Source: Polaromonas sp. (GTDB lineage: Bacteria; Pseudomonadota; Gammaproteobacteria; Burkholderiales; Burkholderiaceae_C). Taken from it: a DNA stretch of 64,000 nucleotides. Shown here piece by piece: positions 30,310 through 38,451 of this stretch. The stretch is from positions 3,631-67,630 of the forward strand of contig JANLUZ010000122.1 in the NCBI GenBank assembly GCA_031363755.1. The letters run 5' to 3'. Made by a program: the position numbers and the translations under genes. The notes beneath the pieces were generated by a model. That model was not told the origin of the DNA, made no database searches, and was given only the letters and a program-made list of their open reading frames with translations. How positions within the stretch are numbered: position 1 is the stretch's first letter; the number at the start of each line of letters is the position of its first letter.

Positions 30310-31047
30310 ATGCCGCTTAAAGCCAAATCCGTCAAACATGACGACCTGAACCAAAATCGCCTGCTGTCGTCCTTGCCCGAGGCGGAGTTGGCTCGCTGGC
30401 GGGCGGAGCTTGAGGCGGTGGACATGCCCCTGGGTTATGTGATTTATGAGTCGGGCAGCACACTCACGCATGTGTACTTTCCCACCACGGCGATTGTGTC
30501 GCTGCTGTATGTGATGGAAAACGGCGCTTCGGCTGAAATCGCGGTGGTCGGCAATGAGGGGCTGGTGGGCGTCTCGCTGTTCATGGGCGGCGGCTCCACG
30601 CCCAGCCGGGCCGTGGTGCAAAGCGCCGGCAAAGGCTTTCGGCTCGCGGCCAGCGTGCTCAAGGAAGAGTTTGAACGTGCCGGGCCAGTCCTGCATCTGC
30701 TGCTGCGCTACACCCAGGCCCTGATCACGCAAATGGCACAAACGGCAGTGTGCAACCGCCACCATTCGCTCGACCAGCAGCTGTGCCGCTGGCTGCTGCT
30801 GAGCCTGGACCGCCTGCAGGGCAACCAGCTGGTCATGACGCAAGAGCTGATCGCCAACATGCTGGGCGTGCGGCGCGAGGGCGTCACGGAGGGTGCCTTG
30901 AAGCTGCAGCGGGCGGGCCTGATCAGCTACACCCGTGGCCGCATCACGGTGCTCGACCGGCCTGGCCTTGAAGAGCGCACCTGCGAGTGCTATGCCGTCG
31001 TCAAGAAAGAGTACGACCGGCTGCTGCCCAACACGCAAGCCAGCTGA
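30310..31047 (+). CDS. Crp/Fnr family transcriptional regulator
   Basis: cNMP-like domain (VYFPTTAIVSLL, VVGNEG) and HTH TQELIANMLGVRREGVT. Confidence 0.93.
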   Translation: MPLKAKSVKHDDLNQNRLLSSLPEAELARWRAELEAVDMPLGYVIYESGSTLTHVYFPTTAIVSLLYVMENGASAEIAVVGNEGLVGVSLFMGGGSTPSRAVVQSAGKGFRLAASVLKEEFERAGPVLHLLLRYTQALITQMAQTAVCNRHHSLDQQLCRWLLLSLDRLQGNQLVMTQELIANMLGVRREGVTEGALKLQRAGLISYTRGRITVLDRPGLEERTCECYAVVKKEYDRLLPNTQAS

Positions 31048-31193
31048 GTTCCCATGGGCGGTTGGGCTGCTGTGTTTTATGGCGCATGCGCGGTGCTTCA
31101 AGCAGGGTGGCCGCCCTTAAGTTGTCTTGTTGTGTAGTCCATCTTCGCCAGTGTTTCTCAGAGAGTCGCGATGCCTCGCTTTTGTGGTCACTA

Positions 31194-31209
31194 TGTGCGC
31201 TGGCACACA
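31194..31209. promoter_or_regulatory. Crp/Fnr-type palindrome TGTGCG-CTGG-CACACA
   Basis: Same motif with one mismatch, upstream of the second Crp/Fnr gene. Confidence 0.6.
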
Positions 31210-31286
31210 GCCAAGCGATCAAGTCATGCGTAGGCTGAAGTCGCAATGCTTTGCTTTATGCCCATCTGCAAGCCCACGAAGGCGAC

Positions 31287-32066
31287 ATGACCACTGATTC
31301 CCTGGCTTCCCCTGCCGTGCTGGCCCAGCCTAGCACTTCTCCGAGTGCCACCGCTCATAACCACCTGCTGGCAGTGCTGCCCGTTAAAGACCGAAAACAG
31401 CTGTTGAAGCTCTGCCAGAACGTTGATCTGGCACTGGGCGAAGTGCTGTGTGAACCGGGAACGCTCACTCGCCATGCTTACTTCCCGGTGAACGGTTTTA
31501 TTTCCCTGATCGCAACCAGCACGCCCGTGGCGCACCTGCCCCTGGCCGAACATCATGCGGGAATGGACGTGGAAGTAGGCATGGTTGGCCGTGAAGGCAT
31601 GCTGGGCGCCGAGTTGGTGCTGGGCGTGACCACCGCGCCCCTGCAGGCGCTGGTACAGGGAGCCGGGCTGGCGTTGCGGGTTGAGCAAAAAGCCTTCCGG
31701 CGCCAATTGGCGCTCAGTGAGCCGCTGCGCCGCCACCTGCTGCGCTATGTCTATGTGCTGATGGCGCAGCAGGCCACAACCGCCAACTGCCTGCGGTTTC
31801 ATCAAATCGGCCCGCGCCTGGCGCGCTGGCTGCTGATGAGCCAGGACCGCGCGCATGCCGACCACTTTCACCTGACACAGGAGTTTTTGGCCCACATGCT
31901 GGGCGTGCGGCGCGTGGGCATCACCGCAGCCGCCAGTGCGCTGCAGCGCAGCGGCCTAATTGCCTACCGGCGCGGCGAGTTGCAGGTACTGGACCGGCGG
32001 GGCCTCGAAACAGCGGCCTGCACCTGCTACAGCGTGGACCAGAGTCTCTACAACGCGGTGCTTTGA
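31287..32066 (+). CDS. Crp/Fnr family transcriptional regulator (paralogue)
   Basis: AYFPVNGFISL, GMVGREG, RLARWLLMSQDR, TQEFLAHMLGVRRVGIT. Confidence 0.93.
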   Translation: MTTDSLASPAVLAQPSTSPSATAHNHLLAVLPVKDRKQLLKLCQNVDLALGEVLCEPGTLTRHAYFPVNGFISLIATSTPVAHLPLAEHHAGMDVEVGMVGREGMLGAELVLGVTTAPLQALVQGAGLALRVEQKAFRRQLALSEPLRRHLLRYVYVLMAQQATTANCLRFHQIGPRLARWLLMSQDRAHADHFHLTQEFLAHMLGVRRVGITAAASALQRSGLIAYRRGELQVLDRRGLETAACTCYSVDQSLYNAVL

Positions 32067-32126
32067 TCACTTGAGCCCAGGCGACCCGGCCGATGTTTGG
32101 GTTGGGTGCCACGTCCTACAGCGCTG

Positions 32127-32142
32127 TGTGTGCTGGCGCACG
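32127..32142. promoter_or_regulatory. Crp/Fnr-type palindrome TGTGTG-CTGG-CGCACG
   Basis: Degenerate copy upstream of the aldehyde dehydrogenase. Confidence 0.55.
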
Positions 32143-32209
32143 GATTGAAATTCTCGCCAGTTTTACGCTGGTAGTCATGCTGCAGCCAGCACCTCAGAAA
32201 GTACGCCAT

Positions 32210-33592
32210 ATGAGCTATCAAAGCACCAACCCCTTCACCGGCACACTGGACAAAAGCTTTGCCGAGTTCACCCGCGAGCGGCTTGAGCAGTCGCTGGCCG
32301 ACGCGAACGACTGCTTCGCGCAGTGGAAAACCCGGCGGTTTGTGGACCGCGCGGCCGTGCTGCACAAAGCCGCCGCACTGCTGCGCGCCAATGTCGATGC
32401 GTTTGCCCGGCTGGCCACGCTGGAGATGGGCAAACGCATCACCGAGGCGCGGGGTGAGGTCAGCTTCAGCGCCAATATTCTGGACTACTACGCCGAGCGA
32501 GCCGAGGGCTTTCTGGCTCCGCACAAGCTGCACCCGGTGGCCGGGGAAGCGCACATGGAAAGCTCGCCGCTGGGTGTGCTCTTTTGTGTGGAGCCATGGA
32601 ACTTCCCCTTCTACCAGCTGGCGCGTGTGGCGGGCCCACAGCTCATGGCCGGCAATGTGCTGGTGGTCAAACATGCGGGCTGTGTGCCGCAATGCGCCAT
32701 GGCGTTCGAGCGGCTGCTGCTGGACGCAGGCGCGCCCAAAGGCCTCTACACCAACCTCTTCATTTCACACGACCAGTCGGACCAGGTGATTGACGACGCG
32801 CGCATCAAGGGTGTGGCCCTGACGGGCAGCGTGGCGGCCGGCCGGCGCATTGCGGCGCGCGCCGGGCACAACCTTAAAAAGTCCTCCATGGAGCTGGGCG
32901 GCAGCGACGCGTTCATCGTGCTCGAAGACGCAGACCTGGCCACCACCATCCCCTGGGCGGTGTGGGGCCGCATGTACAACGGCGGGCAAACCTGCTGCGC
33001 GGCCAAGCGCTTCATCGTGGTGGACGCGGTGGCCGATGCGTTTTTGGCTCAGTTCACTGCCGCGTTGACGCTACTGACGCCCGGTGACCCGATGGACGAG
33101 GCCACCACGCACAGCCCGATGTCAACCGAGGCAGCGCTGCTTCAACTGCTGAAGCAGGTGGACACCGCGATCGACCATGGGGCCAGGCTGCTGATGGGCG
33201 GCGGCCGCATTCAGCGGCCCGGTAGCTTCATGGAAATCACCATCCTGTCAGACATCAAGCCCGACAACCCGGCTTACCGCGACGAGTTTTTCGGCCCGGT
33301 GGTGTCATTTTTCCGGGTCAAGGACGAGGAAGCGGCGATTGCGCTGGCCAACGACTCGGACTTTGGCCTGGGTGGCTCGGTGTGGACGCAAGACATCGCG
33401 CGCGGCCAACGCGTGGCCAGCCGCATCGACACCGGAATGATGTTCATCAACAACATCGACTGGACCGATGCCGAGTTGCCGTTCGGCGGCATCAAGGACT
33501 CAGGCTACGGCCGCGAGTTGGGCAGCCTGGGCATTCAGGAATTCGTGAACAAAAAAATGGTTCGGCTGGTGGCGCGCAGTGCGCCGTCCTGA
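32210..33592 (+). CDS. NAD-dependent aldehyde dehydrogenase (succinate-semialdehyde dehydrogenase-like)
   Basis: EPWNFPFYQ, LTGSVAAG, MELGGSD, NGGQTCCA, DEFFGPV, PFGGIKDSGYGRE. Confidence 0.93.
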   Translation: MSYQSTNPFTGTLDKSFAEFTRERLEQSLADANDCFAQWKTRRFVDRAAVLHKAAALLRANVDAFARLATLEMGKRITEARGEVSFSANILDYYAERAEGFLAPHKLHPVAGEAHMESSPLGVLFCVEPWNFPFYQLARVAGPQLMAGNVLVVKHAGCVPQCAMAFERLLLDAGAPKGLYTNLFISHDQSDQVIDDARIKGVALTGSVAAGRRIAARAGHNLKKSSMELGGSDAFIVLEDADLATTIPWAVWGRMYNGGQTCCAAKRFIVVDAVADAFLAQFTAALTLLTPGDPMDEATTHSPMSTEAALLQLLKQVDTAIDHGARLLMGGGRIQRPGSFMEITILSDIKPDNPAYRDEFFGPVVSFFRVKDEEAAIALANDSDFGLGGSVWTQDIARGQRVASRIDTGMMFINNIDWTDAELPFGGIKDSGYGRELGSLGIQEFVNKKMVRLVARSAPS

Positions 33593-33639
33593 CAAGCCCA
33601 CGGCACGGCGCAGGCCATGTTGCAGTTGTTTTTTACGTC

Positions 33640-33693
33640 AAATCAGCCGCTAGACCAGGTATTTATTGCCTGGACAGCTATCAATAACGAAGC
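33640..33693 (+). repeat. Repeat family A copy
   Basis: AAATCAGCCGCTAGACCAGGTATTTATTGCCTGGACAGCTATCAATAACGAAGC. Confidence 0.85.
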
Positions 33694-33759
33694 AATAGGC
33701 GGAGTGCCGCTCCCCGGCCAACCCCGCCGCTTCCTCATGTTCCAACCTTAAGGATCACC

Positions 33760-34791
33760 ATGACCCCCACCATGCACGCCGCTGTCGTCACCGCCTTCGG
33801 CCAGCCGCTCGAGTTGCAGGAGCTGCCCGTTCCCACCCCCGGCCCGGGCCAGGTGCTGGTCAAGACCGAAGCCTGCGGCGTATGCCACACCGACGTGCAT
33901 GCGGCCGACGGCGACTGGCCCCTAAAGCCTGGCCTGCCTTTTATTCCGGGGCACGAGGGCATTGGCATCGTGGTAGCGCTGGGCGCTGGCGTCACGGCAG
34001 TAAAGGAAGGCGACCGCGTCGGCGTGCCTTGGCTGTACTCGGCTTGCGGGCACTGCGAATACTGCTTGGCGGCACGCGAGCCGGTGTGCGCGCAGGCCCA
34101 ATTCGGCGGCTACACGCAGAACGGCGGCTTTGCCGACTTCATCGTCGCCGACCCGAACTACGTGGCGCATATTCCCGCCGGGCTCGCCCCGCACGAGGCA
34201 GCGCCGCTGATCTGCGCGGGCGTCACCTCCTACAAGGGCCTGAAGGAAACCCAGGCCAAACCCGGCCAGTGGGTGGTGGTGTCGGGTGTGGGCGGGCTGG
34301 GGCACCTGGCGGTGCAATACGCGCGGGCGATGGGCCTGCGGGTGTGCGCCGTCGATGTAGACGACGCCAAGCTGGCGCATGCCACGCGCCTGGGTGCTGA
34401 CGTTACGGCCAATGCCCGCCACCCGAATGTGGTGGAACAGGTCAATCAAGTGACCGACGGCGGCGCGCATGGCGTGCTGATCACCGCGCCGTCACTGCCC
34501 GCCTTCAAGCAGGGCGTGGCCATGACGCGCAAGTGGGGCACCTGCGTACTGGTGGGCATTCCGCCGGGGGAGTTCCCCACGCCACTGTTTGATGTGGTGG
34601 CCCGCTGCATCACGATTCGCGGCTCCTTCGTCGGAAGCCGCAGCGACATGGCCGAGGCCCTGGCGTTTGGCGCACGCGGCGCGGTCAAGGCCGACATCGA
34701 ACTGCAGCCGCTGGGCTCCATCAACACTGTGATGCAGCGGCTTAAAAACGGCCAGGTGCCATCACGCGTGGTGCTGGACTTTGCCGGTTGA
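33760..34791 (+). CDS. adhP: Zinc-dependent alcohol dehydrogenase (AdhP type)
   Basis: CGVCHTDVH, GHEGIG, ACGHCEYC, GVGGLGH. Confidence 0.92.
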   Translation: MTPTMHAAVVTAFGQPLELQELPVPTPGPGQVLVKTEACGVCHTDVHAADGDWPLKPGLPFIPGHEGIGIVVALGAGVTAVKEGDRVGVPWLYSACGHCEYCLAAREPVCAQAQFGGYTQNGGFADFIVADPNYVAHIPAGLAPHEAAPLICAGVTSYKGLKETQAKPGQWVVVSGVGGLGHLAVQYARAMGLRVCAVDVDDAKLAHATRLGADVTANARHPNVVEQVNQVTDGGAHGVLITAPSLPAFKQGVAMTRKWGTCVLVGIPPGEFPTPLFDVVARCITIRGSFVGSRSDMAEALAFGARGAVKADIELQPLGSINTVMQRLKNGQVPSRVVLDFAG

Positions 34792-34818
34792 TTGATTCAC
34801 AACACTGGAGCCATCGAC

Positions 34819-35667
34819 ATGACTTACAAAACCCTGATGGTGCACCTGCAACTGGGCACGACGAATGTACCGTTGCTGCAGGCCGCCGTGGCGCTGGCCC
34901 GGCAATTTGACGCACGCACCGTGGGCATTGCGGCGTGCCAGCCGTTGCAAATTGTGTACGGCGACGGCTATGTCAGCGGTGAGCTGTACGAGCAGGACCG
35001 CCTGCAAAACAAGCAGCGCCTGCAGGCGGCAGAAGATGAGTTTCAGACCGCAATGCAGGGCCAGGTGCCTGATGCGGCCTGGCGTTCCACCGTAACGTAT
35101 GCCGCACCTGCCGATTACTTGGCCGAGCAGGCGCGCTGTGCGGACTTGGTCCTCACCGGCTCACCTGCCACGCCGGGGGCCACGTCGGAGGGCGATCTTT
35201 TCGGGCCATCACGGGCGGTCAATACCAGCGACCTGGTAATGCGCGTGGGCCGGCCCGTGTTGAGGGTGCCGAACGCGCCCGGGCCCCTCAAGCTGGCGCG
35301 GGTGGTGGTGGCCTGGAAAGACACGCGTGAAGCGCGCCGCGCCGTGGCCGACGCGCTGCCGCTGCTCAAGCGCGCCGCCTATGTGGCCGTGATTGCCGTG
35401 GCGCCCAACGGTGGCCTGGATACCGCCAACCTGCAGCTCAAGGATGTGGCCGCCTGGCTGCTGGCGCATGGCGTTCAGTGTGAGGTGATGGCCTCGCTGG
35501 CCACCGGCAACGACGGCAACGCGTTGTACACCCTGGCGCAGGACGCGGGCGCCGACGTGATGGTCGCAGGCGCTTATGGCCACAGCCGCTTGCGCGAGTG
35601 GGCGTTGGGCGGCGTGACGCGAGACCTGCTGCTGGGCGGCGAGCGCTGCGCGTTTTTGTCGCACTGA
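34819..35667 (+). CDS. Universal stress protein (tandem USP domains)
   Basis: ADLVLTG, VVVAWKDTREARRAVADALP, VMVAGAYGHSRLREWALGGVT. Confidence 0.88.
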   Translation: MTYKTLMVHLQLGTTNVPLLQAAVALARQFDARTVGIAACQPLQIVYGDGYVSGELYEQDRLQNKQRLQAAEDEFQTAMQGQVPDAAWRSTVTYAAPADYLAEQARCADLVLTGSPATPGATSEGDLFGPSRAVNTSDLVMRVGRPVLRVPNAPGPLKLARVVVAWKDTREARRAVADALPLLKRAAYVAVIAVAPNGGLDTANLQLKDVAAWLLAHGVQCEVMASLATGNDGNALYTLAQDAGADVMVAGAYGHSRLREWALGGVTRDLLLGGERCAFLSH

Positions 35668-35905
35668 TGCAGCGCTCTCGTCACCGTGCCGCGCCATCGG
35701 CATGGCTAATCCCCAACCGACGGTCTTCTGGAGCAGCGCACGCGCTGTCCTACCCACTTAAAAGGCAAACGCCGCTTTTGCTGGCGCCTCCCCGACGCCA
35801 CACTCAATGTCAAACTTAACGCCACTGCATCTGCTGTGCGCCACGGCGTTTTAGCCTAGCCAAAACGCTTTTTTTGTTCACCACAGTCTTTACAGCGACC
35901 CGACC

Positions 35906-36475
35906 ATGAACACACCCACCGCCGCCGCTACGCCACCCGCCCGCTTTTCATTGCCTTGGCTGGCGAGAGCGGGCACAGGTCTGGTGAGTCCGTTGCTGGC
36001 GGCTGGGACGTTAGCGTTTGCGCCAGTCCGTCTGACACCGGAGGACGCCACGCTCAACCCGACCATCAGCAGTTATCCGACACCCGTGGGGTTCGTGGCC
36101 CTGATATCAGCCTTTCGGCCCAGCGGTGGAACCGCAAGGGGCGACGACCTGAGCCACCATCTGGACGCTGAAGCGCCAGGCTCCCTGACCCAGCTGGCGC
36201 AGCAAATTGCGTCGGGCAATATTTTGAATTTCCAATGGCGACAAAGCTTCTGGGTGCCGCTGTTTCAGTTCGAGCCGGGCACCTGCGAAGTGCGAGCGTG
36301 CGTCTCGCGGGTCATGCAGGAACTTAAAGACGCGTTTGACAGCTGGGAAACTGCTGTGTGGTTTGTACAGCCGCACCCGCTGCTGGGCGGTGCACGGCCG
36401 CTGGCGCTGCTCGACTCGCAGCCTCAGCGCGTGGTGAACGCTGCCCGCAACGACCGCTATGTCGCTATAGGATAA
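35906..36475 (+). CDS. Hypothetical protein with C-terminal Xre/MbcA/ParS-like motif
   Basis: 189-aa ORF in typical codon usage; C-terminal TAVWFVQPHPLLGGARPLALL. Confidence 0.65.
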   Translation: MNTPTAAATPPARFSLPWLARAGTGLVSPLLAAGTLAFAPVRLTPEDATLNPTISSYPTPVGFVALISAFRPSGGTARGDDLSHHLDAEAPGSLTQLAQQIASGNILNFQWRQSFWVPLFQFEPGTCEVRACVSRVMQELKDAFDSWETAVWFVQPHPLLGGARPLALLDSQPQRVVNAARNDRYVAIG

Positions 36476-36526
36476 GCCGCGCAGATCGTACTTGGCGCAT
36501 TGAGCGCCCATGCCGTCTTCACCGCC

Positions 36527-36949
36527 TTATTTCACCATCAGCACCGGTCTGTCACTGTCAGTGACCACGCGCTGGGCCACGCTGCCCATCAGTGCGCGCC
36601 CCAGCCAGCTGTGGCCGTGGGTGCCCAGTACCACCATGTCCACGTTTTCACGCTGGGCAGCGGCGACGATTTCATCCACGGGGTTGCCCACCACCGACAG
36701 ACAGCGGTGGGCGATGCCGTGTTGCGCAAGCCATTGGCGCGCAGGCGCTAGCACCTTTTCAGCTTCTTCTGCGTGGTAGGCGGCCACATCGGCGGCGCCC
36801 AGCATGGTGGTGACGCGGCCCGGTACTGGCGGCTGCACATTGATGACGATCACCTCGTAAGTTCCCGCCATCAATTCACGGTGTTCGCCCAGAAAAACCA
36901 GTGCTTTTTGGGTAAAGGCGCTGCCGTCAGCGGCTAAAAGTAATTTCAT
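36527..36949 (-). CDS. Universal stress protein (single domain)
   Basis: MKLLLAADGS, DMVVLGTHGHS, LMGSVAQRVV; RBS GGAG upstream of ATG 36949. Confidence 0.9.
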   Translation of the reverse strand: MKLLLAADGSAFTQKALVFLGEHRELMAGTYEVIVINVQPPVPGRVTTMLGAADVAAYHAEEAEKVLAPARQWLAQHGIAHRCLSVVGNPVDEIVAAAQRENVDMVVLGTHGHSWLGRALMGSVAQRVVTDSDRPVLMVK

Positions 36950-37077
36950 GGGGGTCTCCTGAAGGGGGGCGTCAAACGCGCTCGATGTACTGGGCCGTGC
37001 CTGCAGCTTTTGTGGCGAAGAAGGCCTGCGGGCGACAAGCGCAATGAGCATTCTGCGAATGGCGTGTGCGGCTTGTC

Positions 37078-37093
37078 TGTACGACAACGCACA
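37078..37093. promoter_or_regulatory. Crp/Fnr-type palindrome TGTACG-ACAA-CGCACA
   Basis: Same motif upstream of usp. Confidence 0.65.
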
Positions 37094-37152
37094 GTGTGGG
37101 TAAATATGCGGCGACGCAACATTTGAAAATAAGTGAAAAAAATCACGCATTG

Positions 37153-37168
37153 TGTTCGGCAACGTACA
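37153..37168. promoter_or_regulatory. Crp/Fnr-type palindrome TGTTCG-GCAA-CGTACA
   Basis: Same motif in the same intergenic region. Confidence 0.65.
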
Positions 37169-37312
37169 GATCGTGTAGGACAAGCGCCCGAAAATTCAGT
37201 GCTGGGGCTAACGCTCTTGCATGAAACGCGCCGCGCAAAGGTCTTTTATGATGAAGCCCACCCAGCCCGCCGCGACGTCAATTTCAATCCGCATTCACGG
37301 TGAAAGGGCCGT

Positions 37313-37525
37313 ATGACAGCCGACAAAGAACTGAACCCACTGGATGGTCAGCCTGATGCTGTGACGCCAGTAGCGAGCCTGAAGACCCACGGTAGCGAGG
37401 CGAGTGCCTGCTCGCAAGGCAATTGCGTCTGCAAACAACGCCTGCACGATTCCATTGCGGACGTGCCGCCGCGACGCCATGAGCTGGATGTGCTGCGGAT
37501 GTACATGGGAAAGTTGTCTGAGTGA
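37313..37525 (+). CDS. Possible small protein (70 aa)
   Basis: ATG preceded by AAAGGG; lies in otherwise empty space downstream of two Crp-type sites; no recognisable family. Confidence 0.3.
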   Translation: MTADKELNPLDGQPDAVTPVASLKTHGSEASACSQGNCVCKQRLHDSIADVPPRRHELDVLRMYMGKLSE

Positions 37526-37635
37526 GGCCATGGCTCACATCCGGCACGCTCTTTGACTCATAGCGTAAGGTAAAGCAAACGCCAGGGCTAGGAGCCCATT
37601 ACGCCGAACAATAAACGCTTTTGAGTGAACGCCGA

Positions 37636-38451
37636 CTAGTGCAGCTCGGCGCCAATGCCCCGAAACCCCTTGAACTGACACTGGTTGTTAAACATCGGCT
37701 CGCCACTGACCCGAAACTGCTGCGGGGTACCCAGCGCTGTCGTGCGGCTGAACAGAAAATCGTGAAATGGCTGGCGCGCCGCAATCATGGCGTGCAGTAC
37801 TTGCCGCTCGGCCTCGTTCCAGCCCGTCTGCTCCGCCGTGACCTCGCTGCTGAACAGGGCAGTCATGCGCATGCCCATCACGTCCTCTACCGGGCCTGAC
37901 ACCGTGGTGAATTCGCCGGTTTCGTTTTGCTCCCAGTACCAGTCCGAGGCAAGTTCGGCCAGCGCGCGAAAGCGCGCCTCACTGGCGCTGAGCTGCGCGG
38001 TGCGCGTTGCCACCATGCCTTCAAGGGCCTCGTTGTAAGACCCCAGCCGCCGGTAAAGCAGGCGTGTTTCCAGCATGTTGTGAATGCGGGTGGTGACTTC
38101 AAGCAGGTCAAACGGTTTGCTGACGAAGTCCCGCGCGCCCGCTTGCAGGGCCTGCAGTTTGTGGGCAGGCTCGGCGGTCAGCACGATCACCGGCAAATAG
38201 TGGTCCTTGCTGCGCTTTTTCAGCGCTTCCATCACCGCAAAGCCGTCCATGGCGGGCATGACAAGGTCTAGCAGGATCAGGTCGTAGTTGTGGGCGTCGT
38301 GCAAGCTAGCCACCTCGGTGGGCTCCAGGGTGGAGCTGATGTTGGTGTAGCCGGCTTGCGCAAGCAACTGGCTGAACATCACGATGTTGGCCGCTTGGTC
38401 GTCGACGATCAGAATGCGGGCTGCCAAAATTTCAGCAGGGTCGATGGTCAT
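37636..38451 (-). CDS. Response regulator receiver plus PAS domain protein
   Basis: ILIVDD, DLILLDLVMP, FVSKPF; coiled coil then RFRALAELASDWYWEQ PAS ending GFRGIG. Confidence 0.88.
   Translation of the reverse strand: MTIDPAEILAARILIVDDQAANIVMFSQLLAQAGYTNISSTLEPTEVASLHDAHNYDLILLDLVMPAMDGFAVMEALKKRSKDHYLPVIVLTAEPAHKLQALQAGARDFVSKPFDLLEVTTRIHNMLETRLLYRRLGSYNEALEGMVATRTAQLSASEARFRALAELASDWYWEQNETGEFTTVSGPVEDVMGMRMTALFSSEVTAEQTGWNEAERQVLHAMIAARQPFHDFLFSRTTALGTPQQFRVSGEPMFNNQCQFKGFRGIGAELH

Noticed and set aside
37284-37547. Minus-strand ORFs of 78-87 aa in the usp/REC-PAS gap
   Set aside because: No RBS or family signal; they overlap the better-supported plus-strand small ORF
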